The position numbers and the translations under genes are program-made. This document shows positions 13,304 to 25,556 of a DNA stretch of 64,000 nt, piece after piece. The notes beneath the pieces are model-generated. The model ran no database searches, was not told the origin of the DNA, and saw only the letters and a list, made by a program, of their open reading frames with translations. Position 1 is the stretch's first letter; each line of letters opens with the position of its first letter. The stretch is from Octopus sinensis (taxonomy: Eukaryota): the NCBI RefSeq assembly GCF_006345805.1, contig NC_042997.1, forward strand, positions 152,458,001-152,522,000. Direction: 5' to 3'.

Positions 13304-13687
13304 AGTAACTCTAAAATTAAAAATTCTATATACCAGTGTAAAATTATTACTCATAATAAAGTAAAATTCTACATTGGAAGCACGTCGTTACAGTTATCTA
13401 AAAGAATTTCTATCCATTACTCAACATTTAGGGATAGGAATACATGTAACAGTACAGGGCTCAGTAAATTAATTTGGGATCTAAAAGACCACAATGAACA
13501 ATTTAATTTAGAATGGTTGATTCTCCCAATCTCGATACCGTATGACAAAGGCAAGGAATTCTGTCTTCTCTGTAATTCTGAACTATTTTTCATTATTTTT
13601 TCTAAAAATCCCCTAGTAAACACGGTTATAGAGCGTGCATACCGATGTAAACATTGGCAAAAACACACCTTTAGTTCATATAAGTAA
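13304..13687 (+). pseudogene. PLE GIY-YIG endonuclease domain (open frame without Met, absent from ORF track)
   Basis: Manual translation: KNSIYQCKIITHNKVKFYIGSTSLQLSKRISIHYSTF..STGLSKLIWDLK..EWLIL..PYDKGKEFCLLCNSE..RCKHWQKH. Confidence 0.85.
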
Positions 13688-14764
13688 TCTCTATCATTAT
13701 ATATAATTTAAACATTAATTTTCTTTTTATATTTAACATTCACTAAAAATATACATATTTTCCTAGTTTATAAGGTTTTATTTAAAATACATATAGTCAT
13801 ATACTTCTCATTTATTTAACTTTTACTTAATTTATCCCCCCTCTGTCTATTGGCTACTTCTGACGTTTTATCATATAACGTTTTTTCAAGAAATATTAAT
13901 AGCGTTCAGTAAATCACTATACATATCCATCATTTTCTGTTAAAATGTCTTATTGACGAGTTTAATTTCTTCATGTGTCGGAAGTAAAAGTATTTGAATT
14001 ACACCTGCGTTAAACTCCATTTATTTATTTGTATATATATATGTATGTGTGTGTGCGGGTGGTGTTGTTCATCCCCCACCACTGCTTGACAACCGGTGTT
14101 GGTGTGCTTCTGTCCCAGTAACTCAGTTGTTCGACAAAAGAGGTCGGTAGCATAAGTGCCAGGCTTAAAAAATAAGTACCTGTGTTGATGCTTTGGACAA
14201 AAATTCTTCAAGGCAGAATTAAATAACCGAAACAATAAAAGATAAAAGGTAAAATCGTAGAGCGAAAATAACTTTAACTCATACTGGTCTTATTTGAATG
14301 TCTTTTGCTCTCAAATACTCATTCATGAATTTAATTTTTCCCGCAAAGTAAACACAAATAATTGTTTATGAATAACGAATAGAATAATGTCATATTTTAA
14401 ATAATTTGTTAAATATTGATCATAGTTTCTTTCTCTTTTTTTGGTTTTTGATTATTCATTGCAAATGTTAAAAACCATAACTAAAAAAAATAGTCATAAT
14501 GAACTATCTTGTATTTTTAATTACAAAATTGTTCACAGTTTTATCTTAATTCTTGCTGCTCAGTGTGCCTTTAGTTAATTCCTGCTTGACTAAGCCAAGC
14601 ACGCACAAGTAAACTTATTCAATGCTGTGTAGATATAAAACTCATAGTGATATGTGAATGAAAGATTCAGTACCTGCAACTGATGAAACATAACGGCGGA
14701 GAAACAAGTGTCCTACAATCTGTCAACGTCATTCACAGCTCAGCTCTGTGTGTTTAGACACACG

Positions 14765-14819
<55 letters not shown>

Positions 14820-14944
14820 AGTTTATCAGGACAATTGGATAATTTCTCTTCCGTGATAGTTAAAGCAACAAAGATCTTTCCAGTTTTGAGTATAAACGTG
14901 CAAGTTAAATATAACTTTACGGAAAATCAAAACTCTATTAATAA

Positions 14945-15135
14945 TAGTTTCAAATTTTAGTGCAAGGAAGTAATTTTAAGGAAGGTAATAAGTCGATTAC
15001 ATCGACCCCAGTGTACAGTTGATACTTATTTAATCGACCCTAAAAGGATGAAAGGCAAAATTAAGCACAACAGAATTTGAAATGTCGCTTAGCATTATGT
15101 CCGAATCTTTAACGACTCTACCGGCTCGTCGCCTT
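14945..15135 (-). mobile_element. Family N SINE
   Basis: agtcgattacatcgaccccagtg...ggatgaaaggcaaa...gctcgtcgcc. Confidence 0.8.
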
Positions 15136-15526
15136 CAAAACTTTACAAATAATATATCTACATAACAAGCAAGAATAGTATTAGTAAAAGCGTTGACAAT
15201 AAAAGTTGAAGTAATAAGGCAAAACATTATTACCTTTAATTTAAATCAGTAATATTCATCCAAAAAGTTATATAAGTAGATCTAAAAGAAGCAAATTTTG
15301 AGCAGTTAATTTTGGTGCCTCATCAGTCGTATTTCGGTTAAATCAGAAAACAATGCCTCAATCATACTCTGATCAACCAAAGATTTTTAAAAAGAATATA
15401 TTTAAAATATAGATATTGTACACAATTTAAATAGTTTATCGAAGACAAGTGCGGACTCGTGTAAAAAGCTGGTACCTCTTTGACATTACCGCCTCCTTGT
15501 AAGCTGAAAACGCTTCAAGGGGAGCT

Positions 15527-15828
15527 TGTTTGTTCCTTCTCGAGCCATGCCTGGCTCATAAGGGCCGGTTCTCCGGGTTCCTTAGCGTATAGGTTCCCCA
15601 CCTGTACGGGACGCCGGTCCGTCGCAGGTGAGCTGCTAGATGCAGGAGAAAAGAGTGAGAGAAAGTTGTGGCGAAAGAGTTAGCAGAAGTTCGCCATTAC
15701 CTTCTGCCGGAGCCGCATGGAGCTTAGGTGTTTCGCTCATAAACACACATATCGCCCGGTCTGAGATTCGAACCCGTGATCCCTCGACCTCGAGTCCGCT
15801 GATCTAACCACTAGGCCATGTGTCACCA
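15527..15828 (-). mobile_element. Complete family R SINE with 14-bp TSD
   Basis: TSD cttcaaggggagct at 15513-15526 and 15829-15842. tRNA-like head tggcctagtggttag...ggttcgaatc; (ACAA)n tail. Confidence 0.92.
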
Positions 15829-15899
15829 CTTCAAGGGGAGCTACAGAATGTTTAATCTATAGCTTGTAAATTATGGAGCAACGTGACTTCTCCAAGAAT

Positions 15900-16500
15900 C
15901 CAAGTTTAGCTGTACAGTGATTCAAGCCGGTTGGTATATTGCATATCGTTGCTTCAATAATAATGGCTGTAAAGCCTTCAGTATATTTCAGCTCGAAAAT
16001 TCATAATGATTAGCAGACACCCATTTAGCGCCAATGATTACGGATGCAAATGTAAATATTTAATGTGCTTAGAGAAGCAGTTGTTTACGAAGCAACTGTC
16101 CATAAATGTTCTCCTTCACTTTGATTTTGAAAGAAATGTTCTCCTCTGTTCGGATACCTGGCCTCTTTATCAGTATATGGTTTTTGTCTTCTTTTCCAAA
16201 TACTATATCAGGCCTGATGTGTTTGGATTTTGCGGAAGTTTTGATGGGAATGTTGCAACAATATTCCTTGTATTGGAACAGATGGTTGTATTCAACATCA
16301 AGAATATTTTCTATATTTGTCTAAGGGTAATCTGCAGATGACATTGTATATTGTTTTTTTTGCGACAACGTCTTGCTACATGCAATATCGCGTGGTATAA
16401 TCGACATTTTCCGTCTCACATCATAGATTTAAGCATCTCGCAGTTTTTCTCCTTCAACAGTTATTTTGTCATTATCTCCTGCTTTTGCATTGGAAAAGTA
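15900..16500 (-). pseudogene. Degenerate RLE-domain (R4/R2-group) non-LTR relic
   Basis: NIPIKTSAKSKHIRPDIV...SVIIGA-like motifs on the minus strand. Confidence 0.5.
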
Positions 16501-17985
16501 TAGCATTCACAGTGTGAAGTGATGTAACAGTGATCAAACCATGACACTACTCGCTAGTTCTTGGGAAACAGTTTATGCATAGCCTTTTGTTGCTATGCAG
16601 ACATTTCTTAATATTTGGTTGTTGTTTAGACCCAGGTCAATCCTGATTGAGTAGCTCTATGATAAAAAGCCTCCAAGAAATGAAGATTGCGCATTTTTTT
16701 AGAGCATTTAAGGTTACAATATCTCATATTTCCTCTGTTAGAACAATAACGTGTGAATGAAGGGAAATTTACCTACTCTTCCTAGCAAGTCGAGTGAACA
16801 TGCGAAGCAGTCGTAACCGATATCTTAATTTCCATGCTCCATTTTTTCACGAATAAGTTCAAATACACCGCACAAGTCTTGTATTTAACATTCAGTTAAC
16901 ACAAATTCTGCTAAAAATATCTTTATCACATGATATGATTTAATATGAAAAATAACTAATGGAACATTGCTTAACCTTTTTGATAAATTAATAGAGAAGT
17001 CTTCTAATATGAGTCAGTCAGTTGTAACTTGTTTTTCTTTTCACGAAAGATTATCTATATATATATATATATATATATTTGCATTTGTACATCGTCTCAA
17101 AATGATGGATATAACTCGGAGCAAATTTCTTACTTTAGAAAAATGTTCATAAGGCAATGTTTGTCAGAAATTATATTCTGCAGCATTTGGAACAGATGGA
17201 AGCATATCAAATTTCATTTCCTACAGTAATTGAAGTCAATCATTTCCATTTATACGCTATTAGACATTTTCGTGAATGTTTTTAGTTTATGATGTGAAAT
17301 GGATTTATTTTAGAACATCCACGAAAAATAAAAAAAAATTCTTTCAAATGACTTTTGTAATATAACCTGATTGTCTTTTCAACAAATTTCATAAACTTGC
17401 CATTGTCCTCAACACATTGATTATGCTATTTGAAATGGAGAAACTAATTAGAATCTTAATTTTCTTTGTGAGAACTGAATAGTTTTAATTTGAATAAATG
17501 CATTGATAACATTTACTAAGCTAGGAAGCATTTTCTTCTTACTGCGGAGTTTGAAGTTTAGATAACTGGTTACATTAATTAAGATGCTATATAAAACAAG
17601 CAATTATTATCACATAAAAGTTACAGTGTTTTTAGTTTCTCTCATTTACTTTGAACCTCTCTTTCAGAAAGTCACAACATCTCGTTTTGGGAGACAAATC
17701 TAAATTTAGCATGTCTATCGTTTCGCAATCTTCTTTGAATTCTGGTCAGTTTAATGCTCTTATTTTATTCCCCCAACATTAACATGCTTAGAGTTCAAAA
17801 TTCTCCCCAACAGCGACTCTTGGAGTATATTGCAGTGATATTTTAGTAGGGAGCGGCCGCAAAAGTTTAAGCGAAGTTGTAGTTTCCTGCCAATTATCGA
17901 CGGACCCCTCTCATTATAAATATAGATGAGTTTACAGAAAGTTACTCATATATTTTCCAAATTCCACTTCCCGTTTTTTCAAATA

Positions 17986-18856
17986 GAAGGAGGTACCCAA
18001 AAGAAACCGGAACTTTGCAATATTATTTTATTTACTTAGTTTTACATGTTTACCCTTTTATCGCCTTCAAATAATTCTCCATTTAAAGCAATGCATAGGC
18101 CCGGACACATTTCCCACTGTTCGAAGCAGTCCTGGAACTCTTGCGAAGTAATGCCCTTTAGCTCTGTCATTTTTTCTTCATCTCTTCCACATCAAGAAAT
18201 TCTTTAGCACCAGCTTTCGTCACCAGTGATGATCTTCGGAAAAAGGCCCAGATCACCTTCTATTTGTTCTTTCAGTTCATGACATGCATTCAGTTGTGAC
18301 TGCTTTTGAAATTCCGTGAGCAACTCTTTTCATTCGCAATTCTTTCTCTCAAAATTCGTTGGCAGCAGCCCCAGGACACACCAGTCATACCAACAAGTTC
18401 GTCAATTGGTCGGTGATGGTCCTCCAAGATCAATTCATGAATTTTCATGATATTTTCATTCGTTCGGGAGGTCGACGGTCGCTCTGAACGAGGTTGGTCT
18501 TAAAGTGACAAGTGACCATTCGTAAAGCGTGAAACCCACTTGTAAACTTGTGTTTTGCCCGTCCTTGTAAGTTGTTCGAAGTATGACAACTATTTCGGCC
18601 GACGTTTTCCCGGCAGATAACAGAATTTCCCGGAAGTATGTTGTTTCTTCGTTTCAGCCATCGCAAAAGTCAACGAATAGGAGAGAAGCACGGCAAAACA
18701 ATAGCGCACGACGTGGTAGTAGAACCCTGCCCGACGACGTCGGTCCGCAGACCGATGTCTAAGGGTCGCGTCCAGTGACTTCTAGTGGTGGAAGAGTGAA
18801 CTACAACTTTCTTGTCTCACAGAGAAGGTTTCCAGTTACTTTTGACTACCTCCTCG
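17986..18856 (-). mobile_element. Internally deleted mariner
   Basis: TA-flanked TIRs (ggaggtacccaaaagaaaccggaa / ttccagttacttttgactacctcc). Peptides VYKWVSRF..DQPRSERPSTS, IITGDESWC, FEGD. Confidence 0.88.
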
Positions 18857-19049
18857 TATATATGATCATCTTGCCTGTAAAGTTATTCAAAGCTAACAAG
18901 TTGTCCAATTTTTTAAAACTGCCATCATTTCAGTTAATAAAAATGCCTAACAGTGTGATATGTTGCTACATTCTTTTGGTGCATCTTGTCGTTCTTTGCT
19001 TCAGCAGCAGAAGTTTGTCTACTTTTGCTTCAATATTTTATTACCTTTA

Positions 19050-20798
19050 GGCGGCGAGTTGGCAGAAACGTTAGCACGCCACTCGGTGTTTGTGTTGTTA
19101 ATATTCGGCTGTGCTGAACAAGGTGAGATTGTTAATATTAAATTTGTTATATTATTAGAACTGTTAACATTGCTATTTGCTTGTTAAAAGCATTGTTGTC
19201 TCTAATTCCCCCACGGCGGTGGGAATTATATGAATTGATTTGAATTGTTTTGAAAACGAAATCTTTTTGGGGCAATAAGCCTGTAGGAAAAAAATTGTTT
19301 TTATTGGCGTGTTTGCCACAATGGATTTCAATAAAGAATACCCGTGTTTGTCACCAGTATCACCAACCTCACGAATCTTATCTCCGGTGGTATCGCTGAA
19401 AAAAAAAAGAAGAAATGCTTCAAAGGGAATTTATGAATCTAAAAAGGGACATTGACGTTCCAAGTATAAAAAATAGAGTGTCAAGTGCGGCTCCAGCAGG
19501 AAAAAAATGTTTTGCTTAGGCAACAGGAGGAAAAATAAGACAAATTACGACAGAGGAAAGCAAATTGCTGAAATATAAAAATAAGACACAAAAGTGGAAG
19601 TAATTCCACCAAAAGAATTAATGAAGGCTGAGAAAAGAAAAGTAACTATATATAAAACTTTTAATGCTAAATCCAAGAAAATAGATAAAGTAAAGGAGGA
19701 AGCAGTAGAAAAATGTTTAAAGAACATTTGGAAAGATATTGAATACATCACAAGAGAAAGAAGGTTCGGCACTGGATGTTCGAATGGTGAGCGAGGAGAA
19801 AGCTCAAATTCATTCAATAGAATCATTGAGAACAAACGAGGTAATTCCCATGTATATGGGGAGGAGAACCTCCCAAGGAAGAATAACTAGAATCCCACCA
19901 GAAATGGATGCAGTCCGGTTGGTGGCGGCTGTGACGATGGACTTGGAGGGAAAAAAATCACACTTCTCCAAGCCACCGCCACGGAAAAACAAGATTGGCG
20001 AGGCCAAACACTAAACATATTAATCCAGACGGAACTTCAGACGCTGGAAGAAATTCCAGAGACCATTGAGATAGGGGAGGAAGACCTTGTAGTATTTATA
20101 GAGGGCAGAAAACTGACCCACCTGATTTCCTGACGAAAGAAGGTAAGAATTGTTTTCTCATAGTAGTTGCAATCGCGAAAGAAGCGGTATGGAAGACGAG
20201 AATGAAAGGAGTAATGACAGACAGCTTCATCACTGGCCTCGACCTACAAAGATATTTCGCTTTTCATTTAAAAAGGAATGTGAGGCTGGAAAGAAGATGC
20301 CTGTCAGAGAAAATGTTTAATGATAGATGGAAGTATGTGATACAAATGTTGTGCATGAGTGTAACCATGTGAATATGACAAAGGTCTACCACCGATATCA
20401 GTAGGGGATTGGGGCTCGTAGGGCCAGGAACTTAACCATCACTCCATCTGTTTTGTCTTTTGTTGTGTTTATCATTCGTATTTATATTTTGTATTGAATT
20501 TTTAATATTACCTTAATGTTATACTATTTGTTTGTATCTGACCTCAAAATCAGATTATGTTGTCCCCTCTATGTTGGCCCCAAGTGGACAATAAAAAATC
20601 GAGAAACATTAGCACGCCGGGCGAAAAGCTTAGTGGCATTTCGTCCGTATTTACGTTCTGAGTTCAAATTCCGCCGTGATCGACTTTGCTTTTCCTTCTT
20701 TCAAAGTTAATAAAATAAGTAACAGTTGAGCACTGGGATCAATGAAACTGACTTTCCTCTCTACCGAACCTACTGGCTCTTGTGCTAAAATTTGAAAC
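19050..20798 (+). mobile_element. Family N SINE host interrupted after its head (19050-19080; resumes 20602)
   Basis: ggcggcgagttggcagaaacgttagcacgcc ... agaaacattagcacgccgggcgaaaagcttag...aaatttgaaac. Confidence 0.85.
19081..20601 (+). mobile_element. Tx1/L1-like non-autonomous derivative (ORF1 part + ORF2 C-terminus + 3' UTR) with 17-bp TSD
   Basis: ORF1-like peptide is homologous to the one at 44028-44656 (RRFGT, PMYMGR, LVAAV). C-terminus FLIVVAIAKEAVWKTR is homologous to 24775. TSD matches 16/17. Confidence 0.8.
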
Positions 20799-20799
20799 A

Positions 20800-21195
20800 A
20801 ATAGGCGCAAGCAATGCTGTGTGGATAGGCGCAGGCTTGGTTGTTTTGTAAAGATCTTGCTTCCCAACCACATGGTTCCGAGTTCAGTCCCACTGCATGG
20901 AACCTTGGGCAAGTATTTTCTACTATAGCCTCGGGATGATTAAACCCTTGTGAGTGGATTTGATAGACGGAAACTGAAGGAAGCTCCTATCTGTATTTGT
21001 TCCCCTAGCATTGCTTGACAACTGATGTTGGTGTGTTTATGTTCCCGTAACTTAGCGGTTCGAAAAAGGAGACCGATAGAATAAGTACCAGGTTTACAAA
21101 GAGTAAGTCCTACGATAAATTTCTTCGACTAAAACGCGGTGCTCCAGCATGTCCACAGTCAAACTGACCGAAACAAGTAAAAGAATACAAGAATA
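20800..21195 (+). mobile_element. Family C SINE with duplicated head start
   Basis: ataggcgca occurs twice, then the full body to gaaacaagtaaaagaa. Confidence 0.88.
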
Positions 21196-22689
21196 AATAT
21201 TTTACCACCTTGATATGCTGGGACAGAAGGTCAAAAAGCTTTTCAATGGGGCAAAATTATCCGTCCTTTGAACCAGCACTGAAAGATTCCCAAATGGTGC
21301 TTCTTTCATCACCAAACTGCCGCATCTTTTACTGAATATATATTTTTTCTTTTCTTTTCTCTTTTTCTTAATCACGTATTCTTTACACAACTGAAACCGA
21401 AGCACTGGCTTCAGTTTTCCCTCTATTTTCATCTGTGTTATGAAGTGTCCTTTAAGGACTTTTATTACGTGAGAAACTTATTCACAAACACTTCACATTT
21501 GTTTCCTTCAAAGATTCGCTATTATGAAGAATTCATTTGTCTAATTTTCATTGAATTCAAAATTATTATTTCTCTCTGCTTTTCTTTCACTTGATTAATT
21601 ATTTATTCATTTATTTATTATTTTGCCTTGTGATGGTTAAAGTGAAAACAAGTCTATATTTTCGAAAAAAGTATAAACCCACAAAGCAAAACACTGTAGC
21701 GTAAGTTTGTCAACCGTAAATTGAGGAGCAAAAATCTGCTACTGACCGGCGCTGACTGCCATCCAGGAATCAATTAACTGTTAAATATCTATTGAACAAT
21801 AATGAAATTCTATGCAATGCACGAATTATAATAATCCGATTGACCAATTTTGCAGCAAGTGCAATAGGTTAGCCATCACTTCTGTAGAAGCTTCTACATC
21901 AGTTCGCTATGCAGACTGTTTATTATCTAGGATTACGTCCCATGTAAATTTGTTCATAAAGTTTGCTATCACTTGAAATATCTGACCCATAAGAAGTTTT
22001 CTTCACTTTTGAGCATTTGTTCAAGGGATTTGATTTTACTACCGATTTACTGTTTTGAGACGCAACATGACATTCAAAAGCTGTCAAAAGCTGAATATTC
22101 TTCCAAAGACTTTACTTTCGAGATAAAAGCAAACCATATTTCTAGGAAACCAGGGTTTATTAACAATGAGAAAATTTCTTCTATAGTCCAGTCACGTATC
22201 CTCGATGTTGTTACTAGTACTAATACTGAAATAAATTATAGAATATTTTCTTGTTACAGGAAAGCTCTGACAGTGACATTTTTAATGCTCTCGTGTAATG
22301 TTATTTAAACTCTACTTCTATTCTCAACACCCTCACATAGCTTTTCGTCAATATTTGAATATTGTAATACTCAGTATGTGGAACAGGGAACATAGAGGAA
22401 CTATAGATTTTTGGTTTAGGAAGTAGTTTCCTCATGTTTAACAGTTAAGTATGAAGATTTCTTTTGGCCAAATTCCATGCAATATCAGCTGTAAATGTTG
22501 TAACGCTCATCTGGTTCTCAGCATTGTAAATATTATTTCCGGTGTAGATCTTTCAATCGTCAACAAAACATGACACCACCCATATACATATGTGTGTGAG
22601 TGTGAATGTATGTTTATATATATGTACATATACCCACACATACATATTTTCGTTTATCTGTTATCTGTCTATGTGTAATGTGTCTATAA

Positions 22690-22690
<1 letters not shown>

Positions 22691-22753
<63 letters not shown>
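22691..22753. repeat. (TA)n microsatellite
   Basis: Visible. Confidence 0.95.
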
Positions 22754-22757
<4 letters not shown>

Positions 22758-23653
22758 AACAAAGTTATTTTATTCCACACGAGTAGAAATATAGCAAAAA
22801 GAAGTTGAAAATGCACAGGGTTTCATTTAGATTTAAAAAAAAATCTTTAAGACTTATATGCAAGTCGGCGAGGCTCGCTCTGGACACCTTAATTTTTTCA
22901 CAAACACTCGGCGAAGAGCACCCACGGGGGAACCGAGCGGGCCAAAACGACCGGGAGATGGATTCGCTACCGCAAAGTAGACGGCGATTCCCGACAACAC
23001 CTCATTCGTGATTCCTGATCGATCCGCGCAACGGCAGCGTAGCGAATCCGCGACACCGCGTGAGCGTGAAACCGGACGAGTGAAGACAGGGCAGGACGGC
23101 CGTTGCGGCAGCGATGCGCGCAGAGCAGCGCTGTACGACCGTGCACGCACCAGCTAATAGGGCCGGGAGTACGAACGGACGACTGAAGCAGATGCGTGCG
23201 CCCGCGACAGCACCGTCACTCTGAACTTGCTGGGGCATATTTTCGAGATCCGAATTCCAACAGCGAGCTTTTCAGACGCAACAGTTTTACTATATGCTAC
23301 CGGTGTTGAAATTAACACGGCTGCTGGCACTAGACCTGCCCTCCGGCCGATCCTCGTTAACGGATTTGGAGTGTTTTCATACCGATCGCGGAGACTCGAC
23401 AGAATCCCGCGTCATTAATTTTCGTTACTACCTTCCCGTGGCTGGAGTGGATAACTTGCACGTCTGCTGCCTTCATTGGATGTTGTAACCGTTTCGCATT
23501 CTCCTTCTCCGCAATTGAACCCTGATTCCCCGTTACTCGTTTCCACCACGATCGGCGCTTACCGGGTCGTCGACAGTTGATAGGGCGGAATCACGGCTTG
23601 CATACAAAAATTTAAATAAATCTAAACGAACCCCAGTCCATTTTCAACTTCTT
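22754..23653. mobile_element. Unclassified CpG-rich element with inverted ends, embedded in (TA)n
   Basis: aagaagttgaaaatgcacagggtttcatttagattta (22799) versus taaatctaaacgaaccccagtccattttcaacttctt (to 23653). Confidence 0.6.
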
Positions 23654-23682
23654 ATATATATATATATATGTGTGTGTGTGCG

Positions 23683-25143
23683 GTCCTCGGGGAGGCCGGG
23701 TTTGGCCCGACTTTCCGCGGTTGGATTGTTGCTTTGCACAACAATATCTTCCGAGTGAATGGTTTTTTTAAAATCAAAACCGTTCAAGATTGAACGCTCA
23801 GTACGCCAGGGATGTTCGCTGTTACTGCTTGTGTATGTATTGGCTCTTGAACCATTGCTGCGGAAGTTGGAGGTGTTAGGGAGCGTGCCGAATGATCTGT
23901 GGTGTGGAAGAGGAGCTACTGCGTATGCGGATGACATCTGCATCACCGTGCCTGAAGAAGGGCAGCTTCCTTATGTGGAAAACGCCATCAAAGGATACGA
24001 GGCGGTTGCAGGAGCAAAGGTTAACCAGGACAAGTCGGTCGGCTTGCAACTCGGCACCTGGAGGGGCAAGTCGATGTCATCCAATAACAACGTGGGGTGT
24101 TGGACAGAAGGTCCGTGTAAGTTGCTAGAGGTCTGGTTCAGTACAAACCTCCAGATAGAGAAGAATTGGAGCGAGGTCATGGGCAGAATAACTGCCCTAA
24201 CCCAGACTTGGTCTGGGCGGGTGTTATCCTTGCTAGGGAGGGTAGTGGTGTGCAGATGTTCATAGCATCTGCTATCACCTGCTGCCTGACTGTTGTGCCT
24301 TGCCCCGATTTGTGACCGAACAAGTTGGAAAGAATCCTTTTCCATTTTTTGTGGAAGGGAGGAAAGTCACTTGTGAAGCGCCCTGTCTGCTGCCAAAAAT
24401 CGCAAAAGGAGTTCCACTGCGGATTTCTATTGCGTGTTAGTGGAATTTATGTCAGACGATGTCCTGGGGGAGACGTTGGGCTTCGATGGAAATCAGTTGA
24501 TCAACCCGTTCAGGAGAACTTTCGGGCCGGGGGTATCTGGATAATTACCAGAAATCCCTGGCTTGGCAGTGATACCGTTCGGCTTTGCCTATTCAAGAGG
24601 TGCGGGCGGGACAGAGAAACTGTCTTGCACGCCTTCATGGAGTGTCCGGAATTATCGGGACTGATAGCTTTTGTCGATCAACTGCTGTCAACGATGGGAA
24701 GAGTACAGCTATCGGCTGAGTTTATTATCAAGTTTGTGTCACCCGCTTCCCGTAACGGGGAAAGGAAGGCTTGTTTTTTGTGCGTAGTAGCCATACTGAA
24801 AGAAACAGTATGGAAGACGCGTGTTAGTGGTATAGTGACAGGTACTTTCGTCTCCGGCCAGGTGTTGGTTAACTTCATTTGTTACCACAGTAAAGGTTCG
24901 AACCTGGCGGTTGAATGCCTTTCCTTCAGTCACACGTTGCAAAATTTGCAATGATCATCAAGCTTATATTGAAATTTTTAAAAGGAAAAAAAAAAAAGAT
25001 ATAATTTTTAACAGCATGACATTTGTATTTTATCGTTCGAAACTTTTTCCTTCGTAATAAGCAACTTCTTCCCCTCTACGTTTGTCTGTCCTTGTTTGTC
25101 CCATCTATGTACGGCTTTCATGGCCAAATTATGAAATAAAGAA
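23683..25143 (+). mobile_element. 5'-truncated Tx1/L1-clade LINE (RT and C-terminal relic)
   Basis: VRQGCSL..LALEPLL, AYADDI, KVNQDKS, FLWKG, C..CGRDRETVLHAFMECP. 3' tail tttgtctgtccttgtttgtccc...aataaagaa. Confidence 0.88.
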
Positions 25144-25512
25144 GCTTGTTTTCTAACCATATGGTTGTGGGCACCTTGGGCAATCGTCTTCCACTATAGC
25201 TTCGGACCAGATCCTTTTGAGTGGATTTGCTAGACGGAAACTGAAAAAAGCCCGTCGTATAATATATATGTATGTATATATATATATATATATTGTGGGT
25301 GTTTTTGTGTCTGTGCTTGCTCTTCCACCACCGCTTGACAACTGGGTGTTAGTGTGTTTACGTCCCCGTAAACTAGCAATTTGGTAAAAGATACCGCTAG
25401 AAGAAGTGCCGGTCTCAAAAGATGTGTACTGGGGTCTATTCGTTCGACCAAACAATTCTTCAAGGCGGTGCTCCAGCATGGCTTCAGTCTAACGGTTGAA
25501 ACAAGTAAAAGA
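25140..25512 (+). mobile_element. Family C SINE lacking its first ~20 nt
   Basis: agaagcttgttttctaaccatatgg...ggcggtgctccagcatgg...gaaacaagtaaaag. Confidence 0.85.
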
Positions 25513-25519
25513 TATATGA

Positions 25520-25556
<37 letters not shown>

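Larger units (their letters stand above)
8835..14030. mobile_element. Penelope-like element relic with inverted copy (minus arm 8835-9420, plus arm 13270-14030)
   Basis: 8975-9030 is the reverse complement of 13980-14035, and 9150-9305 of 13285-13435. The plus arm encodes a GIY-YIG domain. Confidence 0.8.
8643..14255 (+). mobile_element. Family C SINE split at its internal microsatellite (5' half 8643-8830, 3' half 14035-14255)
   Basis: 5' half ends gacggaaactgaaagaagcc-(TA)n; 3' half resumes gcttgacaaccggtgttggtgtg...gaaacaataaaagataaaag. Confidence 0.8.
6420..14430 (-). pseudogene. hAT (Charlie/Buster-like) transposase fossil in three pieces (~14255-14430, ~8250-8640, ~6420-7410)
   Basis: Collinear minus-strand peptides: NYLKYDI..CLLCGK (BED finger), LIAAYEISK..LLSN..KFCLQLE..LLLTYV, IAYLSDI, LDWVLNLF, FLLLAFPFSYLV*IGFS. 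These match Buster-type motifs, with many stops and frameshifts. Confidence 0.75.

Noticed and set aside
14676-14717. ctgatga...gaaacaagtgtc hammerhead-like string
   Set aside because: No credible stem I or stem II.
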